Shown in pieces: positions 25,174-38,004 of a stretch of 64,000 nt of DNA; position 1 is the first letter of the stretch, and each line of letters opens with the position of its first letter. The translations under genes and the position numbers were made by a program. This DNA comes from the human T2T-CHM13v2.0 reference genome, Homo sapiens, in NCBI RefSeq assembly GCF_009914755.1, contig NC_060926.1, one strand, 5' to 3'. The notes beneath the pieces were generated by a model. It did no database searches. It saw nothing but the letters and a program-made list of their open reading frames with translations, and was not told where the DNA came from.

Positions 25174-28100
25174 GGAAGTTTATTAAGTATTAACTCACAC
25201 AATCACCAAGTCTCACAATAGGTCATCTGCTGGATGAGGAGCAAAAAGAGCCAGCCAGAGTTCCCAAACTGAAGAACTTGGAGTCCATGTTCGAGGGCAA
25301 GAAGCATCCAGCGTGGGAGAAAGATGTAGGCTGGGAGGCGAGGCCCGTCTCTTTTCACATTTTTCTGCCTGCTTATAGTATGGCTGGGTTGGCAGCTGAT
25401 TGGATTGTGCCCACACAGATTAAGGGTGGGTCTGCCTTTCCCAGCCCACTGACTCACATGTTAATCTTTTTTTGGCAACACCCTCACAGACACACCCAGG
25501 ATGAATACTTTACATCCTTCAATCCAATCAAGTTGACACTCATTATTAACCATCACAAGCCCACCCCTTGTGAACTTGAACCCACACACATCTCCTGAGA
25601 TCATACATAATCTTAAAATACAGACAATAGTAAGGTCATAATTACCCCTAACATAATAAACTATCCTTCCTACAACTGGAAATGCACCCATCCCCAACCC
25701 AAATACTCTTACATAAAGTAAACAATACTTAAATGCTGATATGAGGTCAGCAAATCTATGTCACCTGATAAAGAAAAGGGAAATGAAATGAAGATATTTT
25801 CTTAGTACAAGTGCATACATGCACAAACATGTTTTTAACAAAAGAAGAAGGAAATACTCATGATAGTTCCAGTCCTCATTTCTGCAGCTGGTCAGGTGGT
25901 CGTAGCTGGTATTGATAACTACTTTCTTCCACTATTCATTCTGTATTCCCTTTGCCTTCAGCAAGCACCTCAGCAGGTCGTGACCCGGAGAGGATCTGGA
26001 CCATGTGTAGTCCTACCTGGATTGGGTATAGTTTCCCATTTACCTTAATCAGAGTTCATGATAATACCAAGAGACGCCCTAATGGATCTCCTATATTCCA
26101 TGCATACTCTTCCTCACTTCCGTTGTGGAGTAGCGGACTGACTTCATCTTGATAGTCTGGGTCAATCACTGCTGCCAACACTGTAACTCCATTCTTAGCT
26201 TGTTGACTTAAAGGTAGGAGGACCCCAAAGCGTCCAAGTGGCCATCTTAACTTCCAGTTTAATGGAATCGTTATTGTGTCTCCTGGTAGCAGCGTTCTTC
26301 CCTCTGGAGCTAAGATGACTAGTAAAGCAGAACCTAATGTCGTGGGAACAGAAAGCAAACATTTTGCCAGTGCATCATAGTGAGTGGTTCCACTTTCACA
26401 TCCACCCCTTGAATCCTGGATCTGTGAATCCTGGTTATGGGAGAAACAATACCATACATTGGGCGCTGATTCAGAGCACACATGGTCTTCTGGAGTATGG
26501 TGCCCCGGCCCGGCAAAGTATTGTAACCTAGTTGACGTTGTAATCGCGACCTCAAAAGGCCGTCCCACCATTCTATCAATCCAGCTGCTTCAGGAAGATG
26601 GGGAATATGGTAAGACCAGTGAATTCCGTGAGCATGAGCCCACTGCCTCACTTCTTTACCTGTAAAGTGAGTGCTTGGTCAGAGGTAATGCTGTGTGGAA
26701 TACCGTGATAGTGGATAAGGCATTCCTTGAGTCCATAAATGGTAGTCTTGGCAGAAGCATTGCATGCAGGTAGGCAAGCCCATATCCTGAGTAAGTGCCT
26801 GTTCCAATGAGGACAAACCTCTCTCCTTTCCATGGTGGAAGAGTTCCAATATAATCAACCTGCTACCGGGTAGCTGGTCCATCACCCCAGGAAATGACGC
26901 CATACAAAGGGTTCACTGTTAGTCTCTGCTGCTGCTGCTGGCAAATTGGGCACTCAGCAGTGGCCACAGACAGTTCAGCCTTGGTGAGTGGAAGTCCACA
27001 TTGCTGAATCCATGCATAGCCTCCATCCCTGCCACCATGGCCACTATGTTCATGGGCTCATTGGACAATGACAGGGGTGTCTGAGGAAAGAGGCTGAGTG
27101 GTATCCACAGAACGGGTCATCTTATCCACTTGATTATCAAAATCCTCCTCTGCTGAAGTCACTTGTTGGTCAACACTCACACAGGGTACAAATATCTTCA
27201 GTTTTTGACCACTCAGAGAGGTCCATCTACATACTCTTTCTCCAAGTTTCTTTGTCACCAATTTTCCAATCATGCTTCTTCCAAGTCCCTGACCATCCAG
27301 CCAAACCATTGGCTACAGTCCATGAATCAGTATATAACCGCACATCTGGAAATTTCTCCTTCCATGCAAAGTGCACAATCAGGTGCACTGCTCAATGTTC
27401 TGCCCACTGGGAAGATTGTCCTTCACCACTGTCCTGCAGGGATGTCCTAGAAAGGGGCTGTAGTGCTTCAGCTGTCCACTTTTGGGCGGTACCTGCCTAT
27501 TGTGGAGAACCATCTGTGAACCAGGCCCTAGTCCTCCCTTCCTGTGTCAACTGCTCAAAGGCAAGTCCCCATGAGGTCATCAGTGCAGGCCGCGGGAGAG
27601 AAGGCAGGGTGGCAGGAGTAGAGACCATGGGCACTTGAGCCACTTCCTCATGTAACTTACTTGTGCCCCCCAGGACCTGCTTGAGCCCAATCACTTATAC
27701 ACCATTTCCATTTGATGATGGAATGCTGCTGTGCATGACCCACTTTATGGCTACATGAGTCAGAAAGCACCCAGTTCACGATAGGCAGTTCAGGTCGCAT
27801 GGTGACTTGTTGACTCATAGTCAAATGTTCAGTTTCCACAAAAGCCCAGTATAGGACAAGAGCTGTCTCTCAAAAGGAGAGTAGTTAACTGGAGAAGATG
27901 ACCGGGCCTTGCTGCAAAATACTAGAGGCCTCCACCATGATTCACCTATGGAGGCCTGCCAAAGCCTCAAAGCAGCATTCCTATCTGCCATGGACACGTC
28001 GGGGGGACCCAGCCTCCCCTTCATTCAAGGGGTTCTGGGTCCATAACCTGGCTCAAGGCTGGAAATTGATTGAGGGGCCATGAATCTCTGTTTTTATAAT

Positions 28101-28794
28101 TCCAATTAGTCTTTTATCTGTTTGACCTTAAGTTTCCTCCTTACGTAAATTAAGTAGGAATGCATTAGTCTTCCTGTCAGTTTCACTTCTAGGAACACTG
28201 TGATTAGTTAGCCAATGCCAGAGCTCTACATGAGTCAGACTGTTCAGATTGCTGCTTTGTCTTTTCTGCCCATTACGGTAGCTACGCCCACCGTGCCTTT
28301 GAGGGTTGAGTGCTACCACTTGGCCCCTGCCACTTCAGGATCCAATTATTCCAAATTGTATTTAACTTTTGTAACTGAGTGACTGCAGTTCTCACCATTA
28401 GATCTGACATACAGAGAAGAGCCTTTACAGGGCTCTTCAAAGATGCAGGTGCTGTCCTCACAAATCTATTTTGCAAGGTGTTTGTCAAGGGTATTAGGTA
28501 CAGAGTCGCTAAACTCCTTGCCTCTCACGAGGGATGATTCATTAGTGTCAAATGAATTTGTTTTGCATAGCTCTTTAAACCTTTCATGCCAAGAACTGTC
28601 AATATTCTCTACACTATTAAAAGTAGAGTCCTTAGCATTTTGGGATCTAATCATATTTAGCAGCCAAATCCAGAAACCCCAAAACCAACAAAAGAACTCC
28701 AACCTTAATATTCTGTTCCTGCAGAACCATTCCTGGTACCAAAATCTGTATTAGTGAGGGTTCTCTAGAGGGACAGAGGGACAGAACTAATAAG

Positions 28795-28795
<1 letters not shown>

Positions 28796-28852
<57 letters not shown>
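28796..28852. repeat. (TA)n microsatellite inside the 5' LTR
   Basis: Pure TA run of about 28 units. Confidence 0.93.
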
Positions 28853-28854
<2 letters not shown>

Positions 28855-30187
28855 GTTTATTACATATTAACTTACAGGATCACAAGGTCCCACAGTAGGC
28901 TGTCTGCAGGCATGAGGAGTGAGGAGTAAGGAGAGCCAGCTCGAGTCTCAAAACTAAAGAACTTGGAGTCCGATGTTCAAGGGTAGGAAGCATCCAACAC
29001 GGGAGAGAGATGTAGGCTGGGAGGCTGGGCCAGACTCAGTTTTTCACTTTTTTCTGCCTGCTTTATATTCACTGACAGCTGATTAAATGGTGCCCATAGA
29101 TTAAGTAGGGGGTCTGCCTTCCCCAGACTACTGACTCAAATATTAATCTCCTTTGGCAACACCCTCACAGACACACCCAGGAGCAATGCTTACATCCTTC
29201 AATGTAATCAAGTTGACAATCAGTATTAACTATCACAGGATTACAGACCTGAGCCATCACACACAGTGTTATTCTGTATTTCATACAATTTCCTGATTTT
29301 CCCATTTTATCTGTGACTTAATAAAGTTTTTCAGCTATGACCCCAAACTGGTAATACTTGAAAGCACATTCAAATGTATTTTGCAACAATTCGTAACTGG
29401 CAAAATGTTGAGCCTTGTGGAAAGAGTCACCTTACTTCCCCATCAGCTGTCAATTCCCCATCATTACTATCACTTCTGGGAGCACATTTTCCAAAACTCC
29501 TTTTCTCTCTATGGTTTCTTTAGAGTTGCTCCATGAGGTTACAATAAGTTACAACTAATTACTGTCATGAGATTGGGAAGTCAGAGTGGTGGATTCATGT
29601 ACACTGACACCTGAAGTAAAACACATGCAGTTAGGTGTGGACTGGAGAATCACCTGGAGATGTGCTGCAGGCAGCTGAGAACATCAGCACCCCCAGCCCT
29701 GGGCTTCCCAGACCAGACTGAGGATCATCACACGGTGTTCAGCACATACCACCAGGGGCAGGTGCACCCTGGCTTCTGAAGTAGCACCTGAGAATCCCCT
29801 GTGTCTAGTACCTGCTTCATGAATAACACTCCATAGGCTTCAGAAAGACTGTGGTTTAGACTCTAATTTATTCAACTTGAATAATTTCTCCTTGAAATAC
29901 TGAGAATAGCTTCTCTTTTGCTGTACAAATTCCGATTATCCCATAACACAGACTCCTCAGCTGGACTTATCTCTCTTCTTTATTCAGTCAGGACAGGCAT
30001 TGTCACGTCTTTTCTGCTGGGGATGAGGGCAAAAGAGGCTTAGGGTTCAGAGGAACCTCCCTGGCCTCCTCTAGGAAAATCTCCCAATGACTTTCCAAAC
30101 CTGACTGAGTTTGAGAACTTCCCTCAGCAGATAGAAGCACCAGAAGGAGCACTGGGGCAGCCCAGCCTCACACATCTGCTTCCTTGG

Positions 30188-30215
30188 GGTTTATGTTATG
30201 ACTTGTAACACTGTG
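30188..30215 (-). promoter_or_regulatory. V(D)J recombination signal, 12-bp spacer
   Basis: Heptamer CACAGTG (30215-30209), spacer ttacaagtcata, nonamer ACATAAACC (30196-30188). Confidence 0.93.
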
Positions 30216-30692
30216 GGAGGGGTACTGTCACTCTGTTGACAGTAATAAGCTGCAAAATCTTCAGGCTGCAGGCTGCTGATGGTGAGAGTGTAATCTGCCC
30301 CAGATCCACTGTCACTGAACCGAGAGGGAATCCCACTTTGCAGACTGGATGCAGCATAGATCAGGAGCTTAGGAGTTTTCCCTGGTTTCTGCTGATACCA
30401 ATTTAAATTATTGCTAATGCCCTGACTCGCCCGGCAAGTGATGGTGACTCTGCCTCCTACAGATGCAGACAGGGAGGATGGAGACTGGGTCATCTGGATG
30501 TCACATCTGGCACCTGAAGTTAGAAACATAAAAACAAATATTCTTGCAATTAATCATGTTATCAGAGGACTTCCCTGAAGTTCCAGACAGTACTGAGCAC
30601 ACTGACCGAGTATAATCCTAGTGTTCTCCTTCCTTACCTGGCAGCCAGAGCCCCAGGAGCCCCAGGAGCTGAGTGGGGGCCCTCACGTCCGT
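30216..30692 (-). pseudogene. IGKV1-subgroup orphon (IGKV1OR type): leader exon 30638-30692, V exon 30216-30513
   Basis: V exon [53 protein letters not shown]...[10 protein letters not shown] is open; leader ACG GAC GTG AGG GCC (both ATGs lost); GT-AG intron intact; no J or C segments in the window. Confidence 0.93.
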
Positions 30693-30734
30693 GCTGTGTC
30701 CTGACTGGGGCTGACTCCTGCACCGGGTGTGAGC

Positions 30735-30790
30735 AGCCTATAAGAAGTCTTCAGGGCAGGGGGCTGTGCTCTAGGAACAGGCAAATCAGC
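30735..30790 (-). promoter_or_regulatory. IGKV promoter remnant: variant octamer ATTTGCCT (30786-30779) and TATA-like cttata
   Basis: About 90 bp upstream of the leader, the usual position of the Vk decamer; one mismatch to ATTTGCAT. Confidence 0.65.
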
Positions 30791-33019
30791 AGGGGATGGG
30801 GCAGGCTGAGCACAGCTGCAGGGCCGGCTCATCTCAGTAACTCAGCACACGGGCGCAGTATCCCCAGAGTCCCAGGTCAGACCAGGGCAGCACAGATTTA
30901 CCTTGAAACAGTACACTTCTCATTGGTGGCCATACGGTTACAGAACATATGTTTGGAGTGAATTTTCAAAATTTTAAATCAACCTAAGACTAGATTAAAT
31001 AATATATTTATACTTGTATTAGGAGTGTATAGGAAAGCATCATTTTTGGCAGAAAATTTACAATAAAGTTATAGAGTGTGGGGCTGTCAGAAATTTCAGT
31101 TAGTCTCAAAGGAATTTGATGAGTGTAAAAGTATTTAGTGCTATAATAACAATGTCTCTGTCAGTGTGAAATTGCTTCTTTCTTGAAATGAATATAAAAA
31201 GAATTTATGAGAAGCATCTTTAATAAATTCAATAGAATTTACTAACAAACTTAAGACATTGTTCCTAGGAGTAAAAGGAAAAACAATTCTCTGAAGATGC
31301 ACAAAGATGATAACTGTGTCACGCATAGATCTGCCATTATCCAGAGCTATGGGTCTCTTTAAGACCCAGGGGCTAAATGGGCTGCACCTTATTCTTGGCG
31401 TGATGATCCCCATATTCTATCCCCTTTCCTGCCTTTGGTATAATTTCTTATGGTTCTCCAGCATGGAGAGCTGACTGGTAATACCAGGTCTCATTATTTC
31501 AAAATCTCTGTTTCACTCGCGGACTATAGGAGCCTGGATTAAAATCAACTTGAAGCCCTCTATCAATCTAGGCTCAAATAGTCAATTGTTTCAAAGTAGG
31601 ATGACAAAGGCCACATCCCCTGAGTAATGCTCTGAGCTGCGCTCCCCACCAGCCTGTTCCTGGGGTCTCAGGAGCATCTGCCCTAGAGTCTGGCTTTCTG
31701 GAGAGCAGGTGAGGGGGGAAAAGCCAGGTCAGTGAACCTCTCTCCTTAGCGAGGGCAGCTGCTGCCCAATGCATGTTCTTGCCATGCACCAGGGCATCAT
31801 CCTGACCCAGATGCCAGCCACCCTGTCTCACATCCATTTAGAGAGAATCTCCATCTTCTGCCAAGACACTGCCCATGTAGATGAAAAAGTATTTTGCCTC
31901 CAAACATATCTTAAGTACTGATTTGCACCTCAATACTTCACACAGATGCCTTTGCCCAGGGCGTGTCGGCCTGGCTCAACAGCAGGGGAAGTGGAGCCAA
32001 TTACATCAGTGTCAGTGGACTGAGAAATACTCCAGGGAGTAGTTCTCATGCACGACTACCAGTGGCCAGACCAAGGTAGTGCAGCCTGTGCACAAACCTC
32101 CTGCTGCTTTTCCAGAGGACTGGATCTCTGGGAAATGGCTACTGAACAGGCTGCCAGGATCCATATATCCAGATTCAGAGAGATACATCTCTGGATTCAA
32201 ATGCACTTTTTCTTTGTGCATAATTTTAGCAGTCATTGTTACTACGCCTTGGGGATTCTAGACATTATACTTCAGCTGACTCTCTATGGCCCTTTCTCCC
32301 CTTCACTGCTCTGTCTGAACCTGGGGAAGCAGCTCAGGCTGCAAATGAGGCAGACCTCATGGCCTGGAATTAGCATCCCCTAGGAAGGCTGCCAATCAGT
32401 GATGACAAGGGAGGTGTACACATCCCGCAGCTCCCTCACCTCTCAGATGGAATAACAGAGGCATTTTTCCTGTGTTTGTATGTGGGCTTGAGCTCTCGTC
32501 ATCCTCAGAGGTGGCTCCTTCTGAGGCACCTTTCACTTTCCCTTTCCCTCCTCCCCTCCCTTGCTCACTTGCTTGTTTCCCGCACTTTGTAAATATACTG
32601 CCCGCATGCGAATCTTTGGCATCCTTCTCTCTGAGGGGACCCAACCTAATGCATTGGAAAAATCCTCATTCTTGGAGGGCATCGTTGGTTTGAATTATTG
32701 CCACTTCTCATGTTTTAATGCCTAGGGAAATTCCAAAAATTTAGGAAATCTTTAAATCCCCTTTGCCAATCTTTCTTAGATTTGATTTTAGCAGAGGTTC
32801 ATTTTCTCTAGGTCACAAAATCACAGAAGCCTTCCACAAATGGCTACACAACATAGAGTCCACATAGAGCAGAGACTCAGAATCTTCCAGGATTTGACAT
32901 CCACACATCAGACAGTCCTAGAGTCTCAGGTTTTTTCTAGGTCGATCGCCTCGTAAATCTGCCTTGTGATATTTTTATTCTACCTTAGGGGAAGACCATT
33001 GTGGGGATGATGAGGGTTG

Positions 33020-33482
33020 TTTGTGGAATGAATAATACACCCACTAAAGACATCATTGTTCTAATATCTGGAATCTATGATCATTACTTATGAACAAGTC
33101 AAAAATAACTTGGCAGACGTGGTTGAGAATTTTGGGGTCAGGAGAGTATCCTGAATTATCTGGGTGGGACCATCATAATCACAAGGGTCCTTATAATAGG
33201 GAAGGAGGAAGGTAACAGCCAGAGAGGACCTGGGACAACGGACAGGGAAACTGGAGTGATGGAGGAAGGGGCCATGCTGCTAGGAATGTGGGAACATCAG
33301 AAAGATGGAATGCTCGATATTGGATTTTCCCTCTTGAAGCCTAGAATGAATAGAGCCCTATTACTCCTTGATTTTACTTCATTGAGACTTCTGACCTCCA
33401 GAAATGTAAGATAATACACTTGTGTTATGTGGAGCAGTAAGGTTGTGGTAATTTGTTACAGCAGCAACAGGAAACCAATGCA
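33020..33482 (+). mobile_element. MaLR LTR (MLT1C/D-like)
   Basis: aatcacaagggtccttataa, gacttctgacctccagaa, gtggtaatttgttacagcagcaacaggaaac. Confidence 0.8.
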
Positions 33483-33784
33483 AGGGGAAGGGGTGTGTTT
33501 TACTTCCCTAGTGTATCACTGTCCTCTGTTCTCCCAAATAGTTCTGTGTTTTTGTGTTTGCTGTCAATTTCAACAAGAGACAGAAAACATTTTTCTATGA
33601 GGGGAGCTAGCACCACAATTCTTCTTACGTAGAAAGTGTCTTGAGTAATTCTCTGGGTTAGGTCTTGTACAGTCTTGGTATCTGAGAGCCTGGAGGTCAT
33701 CCCTCACAGCACATGAGAAGAGGAAGGGGATGCGGGTTTGCTGTTTTAACATTTGTAGGGCAAATTAGATGTACAAGACCTATT

Positions 33785-34133
33785 CTTTTTATTATTATTA
33801 TTATTGTTCTTTAAGTTCTAGGGTACATGTGCACAACGTGCAGGTTTGTTACATATGTATACATGTGCCATGTTGGTGTGCTGCACCCATTAACTCGTCA
33901 TTTACATTAGGTGTACCTCCTAATGCTATCCCTCCCCCCACCCCACGACAGGCCCTGGTGTGTGATGTTCCCCTTCCTGTGTCCATGTGTTCTCATTGTT
34001 CAATTCCCACCTGTGAGTGAGAACATGCAGTGATTGGTTTCTTTGTCCTTGCGATAGTTTGCTGAGAATGATGGTTTCCAGCTTCATCCATGTCCCTACA
34101 AAGGACATGAACTCATCCTTTTTTATGGCTGCA
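33785..34133 (-). mobile_element. L1PA 3' end
   Basis: ttaagttctagggtacatgtgcacaacgtgcagg ... catgtccctacaaaggacatgaactcatc. Confidence 0.92.
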
Positions 34134-34924
34134 AGCGAGGACTGAGTCAGAGAGATGGGGATGGCAGAGGAGACAAAATGTGGTCAGGGCCGTGTAAGAT
34201 GTGACCCTGCTGCCATATCTGAAAGAAAGGCTGTTGGTGTTTGTAAAGGCTTTGGGCAAATTGTGCTTTGTAGACAAAACTGTAGAAGGGTCTGGGTTTA
34301 AGCTTAGTGTCAGCGTGATGAGGACTAGAGGTTGCAGTGAGCTTGTGTTAAGAAATCCACCCTGCACTTCTGGCTTTGTCTCTTTCCTGGTTTTATAGGT
34401 GGTGGGTTCCTCTATGGAATGAACGTGGCTCTGTGGAAGGAACATAGTTAAGGTCAGACAGACCTAGATTCCAAGTTCAGCTTCAACAACTGCTGACCAA
34501 GTGACTTTTATGCAAATCAGCCATGTGCTGTCATGAACAGTTTCCTCATGTGTGAAATGGGGCACTGAGGATGTGAAGGGGTGTCCTGAGGGTTCCGCCA
34601 GCTGATGCACCATGAAGTGTACATACATGTATAGACAGACACACACACATACATGAGAAGAGTATCTAGTGCCCCTTTTATGCATCCTTGAGTAACTCAG
34701 AATGTTATGTGAGATATTAACAGTCATATGTCATTTTCAACTAAAATTATCAATATTTATCTTATAACTAACAGATGCTTCTCTGTACACTGTAGGTTTC
34801 ATGTACATTTCTTCAATCACAAAATTTTTCAACAATCTATTTACATCTAGTATCAGAAAGTTAAGCAAGGAGATTGCAAACCAACACAACAACTTTAGTC
34901 TGGATTTTCCCGGAGCCCCATTTG

Positions 34925-35390
34925 TGTTAGTGTCCTCGGGCTACTGTAATAAGTTCTCAAAAATGTGGTAGCTTCAAACAACAGGAATGGAATCTCTCAT
35001 AGTTCAGAAGTCCAGATCAGTTTCACTGGGCTAAGATCTTGGAGTCATCAGTTCTGGCTCCTTCTGAAGCTCTAGGGAGCAGTCTGATTTAGCTCTTCCA
35101 GCTTCTGGTGGCTTCTCTCTCCCGGGATGTGGACACATCACTGCAATCTCTGTCTCTGTGTTCACACTGCCTTCTCCACTTCAGTCTATGCTAAATGTCT
35201 CTCTACCTCTTGTTTTTTTTAGGACACTTGAGTTTGCATTTAAGTCCCAGTTGATTAATCTAAGACCATCTCCCTGTTTCAAGCTCCTTAATTTACACCT
35301 GCAAAAGCTGTTTTCCCAAATGAGATACATGCATAGTCTTCTTGGAATGAAACCTCACTATTTGGGGATGATACTCAGTACTACACCATT
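34925..35390 (-). mobile_element. MaLR LTR (MLT1)
   Basis: tgtgttagtgtcc ... ctcttccagcttctggtggc ... acacctgcaaaag. Confidence 0.7.
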
Positions 35391-35428
35391 ACATAACCAG
35401 GTCTCAGTGTTAGTCCTGTACATACATC

Positions 35429-35433
<5 letters not shown>

Positions 35434-35480
<47 letters not shown>
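35434..35480. repeat. (CT)n microsatellite
   Basis: Pure CT run of about 23 units. Confidence 0.93.
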
Positions 35481-35483
<3 letters not shown>

Positions 35484-35549
35484 GTCCACACACCCTGGCT
35501 TCCTCCTTTTCTCAATGTCATAAATCTCTTCAATTCCTTAAGTGTATCC

Positions 35550-36408
35550 AGTGATACCTATAAACAAATAAGTATCTGAGAAAAGTCTCAATCAGTTTAG
35601 AAATTTATTTGGTCAAAGTTAAAGAAATATCAGTGAAACAGCCTCAGGAGGTCTTGAGAACGTGTGTCAAAGGTCGTCGGGCTACAGGTTGGTTTTACAC
35701 GTTTTAGGCAGACATAAGATATCAATCAATACGTGTAAGCTGCACATTGTTTTGATATGGAAAGGTAGGACAGCCCGAAGGAGGGGGGATGTTGGGGACT
35801 TCCAGGTCATAGGTGGATTCAAAGATTTCATAGGTGGTTGAAAGAGTTTATCTAATGACCTGTAATCAACACAAGGGAGTTTCTGGGTTTAGAAAAAGGG
35901 TTTTGGAGCCAAGGTTGCATCATGCAGATGAAGCCTCCAGGTAGCAGGCTTCAGAGAGAATAGATTGTAATTGTTTCTTAGTAGACTTAAAAGGTGCCAA
36001 ACTCTTAGTTAAATCTCTCTGGGTCAGGAAAGAGACTTAAAAAGGAATCTCTACAGAATGTAGACTTTTCCCACAAGAACCAGCTTTGCAGAGGCATTTT
36101 TAAATACATTAAATAACAATATCTTGGGGAAAATACTTTGATTTCTCTTAGGACGTGGTATCTGCCACATTGGTAACTTATTGCTATAAAGAGTTTTCTT
36201 TGTCAGTCTCAAGGTCTCTGTCTTCATATTAAAAGCTGGTCAGTTGTGCCTGAATTTTAAAGGGAAGAGGGTAAGTTAAGGCATATCCAATCATCCGTTC
36301 CGATTATGGACTGCATTGTATTTCAGGTTGATTTTGGTGTGTCCTTGGCTGAGAGGAGGAGTTCATTCAGTTGGTTAGGGAGCTTAGAGTTTCATTTTTG
36401 GTTTACAC
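35550..36408 (-). mobile_element. ERV1 LTR, MER4-group
   Basis: gtctcaatcagtttagaaatttattt, cagcctcaggaggtcttgagaac, atgaagcctccaggtagcaggcttcagagagaataga. Confidence 0.75.
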
Positions 36409-38004
36409 ACCTATGTCCAGGTAAGAGGGCCCCACACAGGAGGGCTTGCTCAGAACCTGGCTTGCAGGGCTGCTTACAGACCTTCTATGTCTCCTGTTGT
36501 CATGCACAAGGAAGGACACAGCCAATGACAACCCTCAGCCATCCGGGGAGAAGCTGTGTCTGCAGAGGACGGTCAGGAGCTGTGAGTCTAGAGACCTGTG
36601 ATTGTCTTCAGGGGCCTGTGGTCCTCGGCTTTCATAGGAGTTGTGGGGGCACTGGCTCAAATAGCATCCACCAGGATTCCAATCAGAATATCTCATTCAC
36701 AGAAGGCAGTGGGTGATATGACAGCACAGAGGGACTCTGTGGGTCCAGCTGCATGGAGCACTCTGGGAGAGTCACTGGCACCCGTGGTAGACAGAGCTTC
36801 ATTCAACTTCTGGAGCACACGGATTTAGATCTCTTTACATCATTTTGAAAGACCATTTACCATTCTGAAGGAAACCACTGTAATTAACTAAGGTAACATC
36901 TTTAATAGGTAGAAAGAAAAAAGTGATTATTTTATTGCCAAGATGATTACAAGAAAAGAAAGAAACAAAAATAGCATGAAGGAAAGAGCAACACTAGACT
37001 GAGGGCTTTGGGTAAGAGGTTGAGACTTAGTAGTGAATGCCCTGGGCCATCTTCTGTCAAAAGGGAGGGACAATCAGCAAAGGGAAATATGCAGTAGAGG
37101 CAAAATCTTGGTTAGTAAAAGAATCCTAAGAGAAAGCAAGAAGTCTCCTTCCTGAGCATCATGTTGGTGTCGGGAAGATGCACATAATCCCATTGCATGT
37201 CTTACACTTTTCAGCAATTAGGGCTCAGCATGAATTTAGAAGACACCATTCACTTCACAGCAGATGGGGACACAGTCAAGGCAGTGGTGAGAGGCAAGGC
37301 TGGGCTTTCAGTCTCAGAGCACAGAGCAGGTTCCCCACTACTCCGCACCCTGGTGTCTCCTCCCAGATGTTCCACCTCATTCTTGCCTTAAGGGCTCCAA
37401 GTTGTTAATGGGACAGTAGCCCTCTTCCTTTCCCAGGGTTTCTAAGAATTTGGCTCTCTTTTGTGTATTGCGGGGTTTGTTTGCCATCTAGAGGCAGGTT
37501 TTTGGCATGGCAACTTATAGGCTTTTTCTACTTGTGATAGCAAAAATAAATACATAAATAAATTCATCATAAATAATAAATTGACTTAATGCATTCAATC
37601 TGTAAAAAAAAATAAGGTCAGTTTGAGAGCTTAAAAGGAGCCTGATGAGGTTAAAAAGACAAATTACCTTTAGTAAAGAGCAGTTGGAGCAATAGATGAT
37701 TCTTTCTTTAATCAATAACATTTTAGGAGTAACTATCAAATGGTAAATAAAACTTGAAATAAGAGGATAAACTATAATTTTATATGCAAAAAAATATTTC
37801 CAAGAACCATACAAATACATTTTCAGATTAAAACAAACAAAAAATGTGGGTTTATCATCATATCCGCTAAATGGAAGATTTCTCAAATGTGTGCTTGGAG
37901 CAAAAATAACACTTATCCCTATTTGAAAGTTCAAGATTTTTGAGTTTTCGAAGAAAACAGCTTTCCCTTCACTCTGTTCCACTCACGCTTCTGAGGATGG
38001 CCAT

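Larger units (their letters stand above)
24644..29237 (-). mobile_element. Internally deleted HERV-L provirus: 5' MLT2A LTR 28747-29237, internal region 25558-28746, 3' LTR 24644-24710 plus 25179-25557
   Basis: LTR termini TGTGAT..TAATACA; PBS region gattttggtaccagga; PPT caaggggtgggct; broken gag (WLLNMIRSQNAKDS), RNase H (RAWFTDGS), integrase (WSYHIPHLPEAAGLIEWW), dUTPase (GVTVLAAVIDPDYQ). Confidence 0.92.

Noticed and set aside
24639-29242. HERV-L flanks lack a clean TSD (gtaga versus ggatt), suggesting a recombinant junction
   Set aside because: The element is old and the left terminus is mutated, so a decayed TSD cannot be excluded
37497-37536. Nonamer-like ggtttttgg followed by acttgtg (cryptic 23-RSS or Jk?)
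   Set aside because: Spacer is 24 bp, heptamer is poor and no FGxG J motif follows
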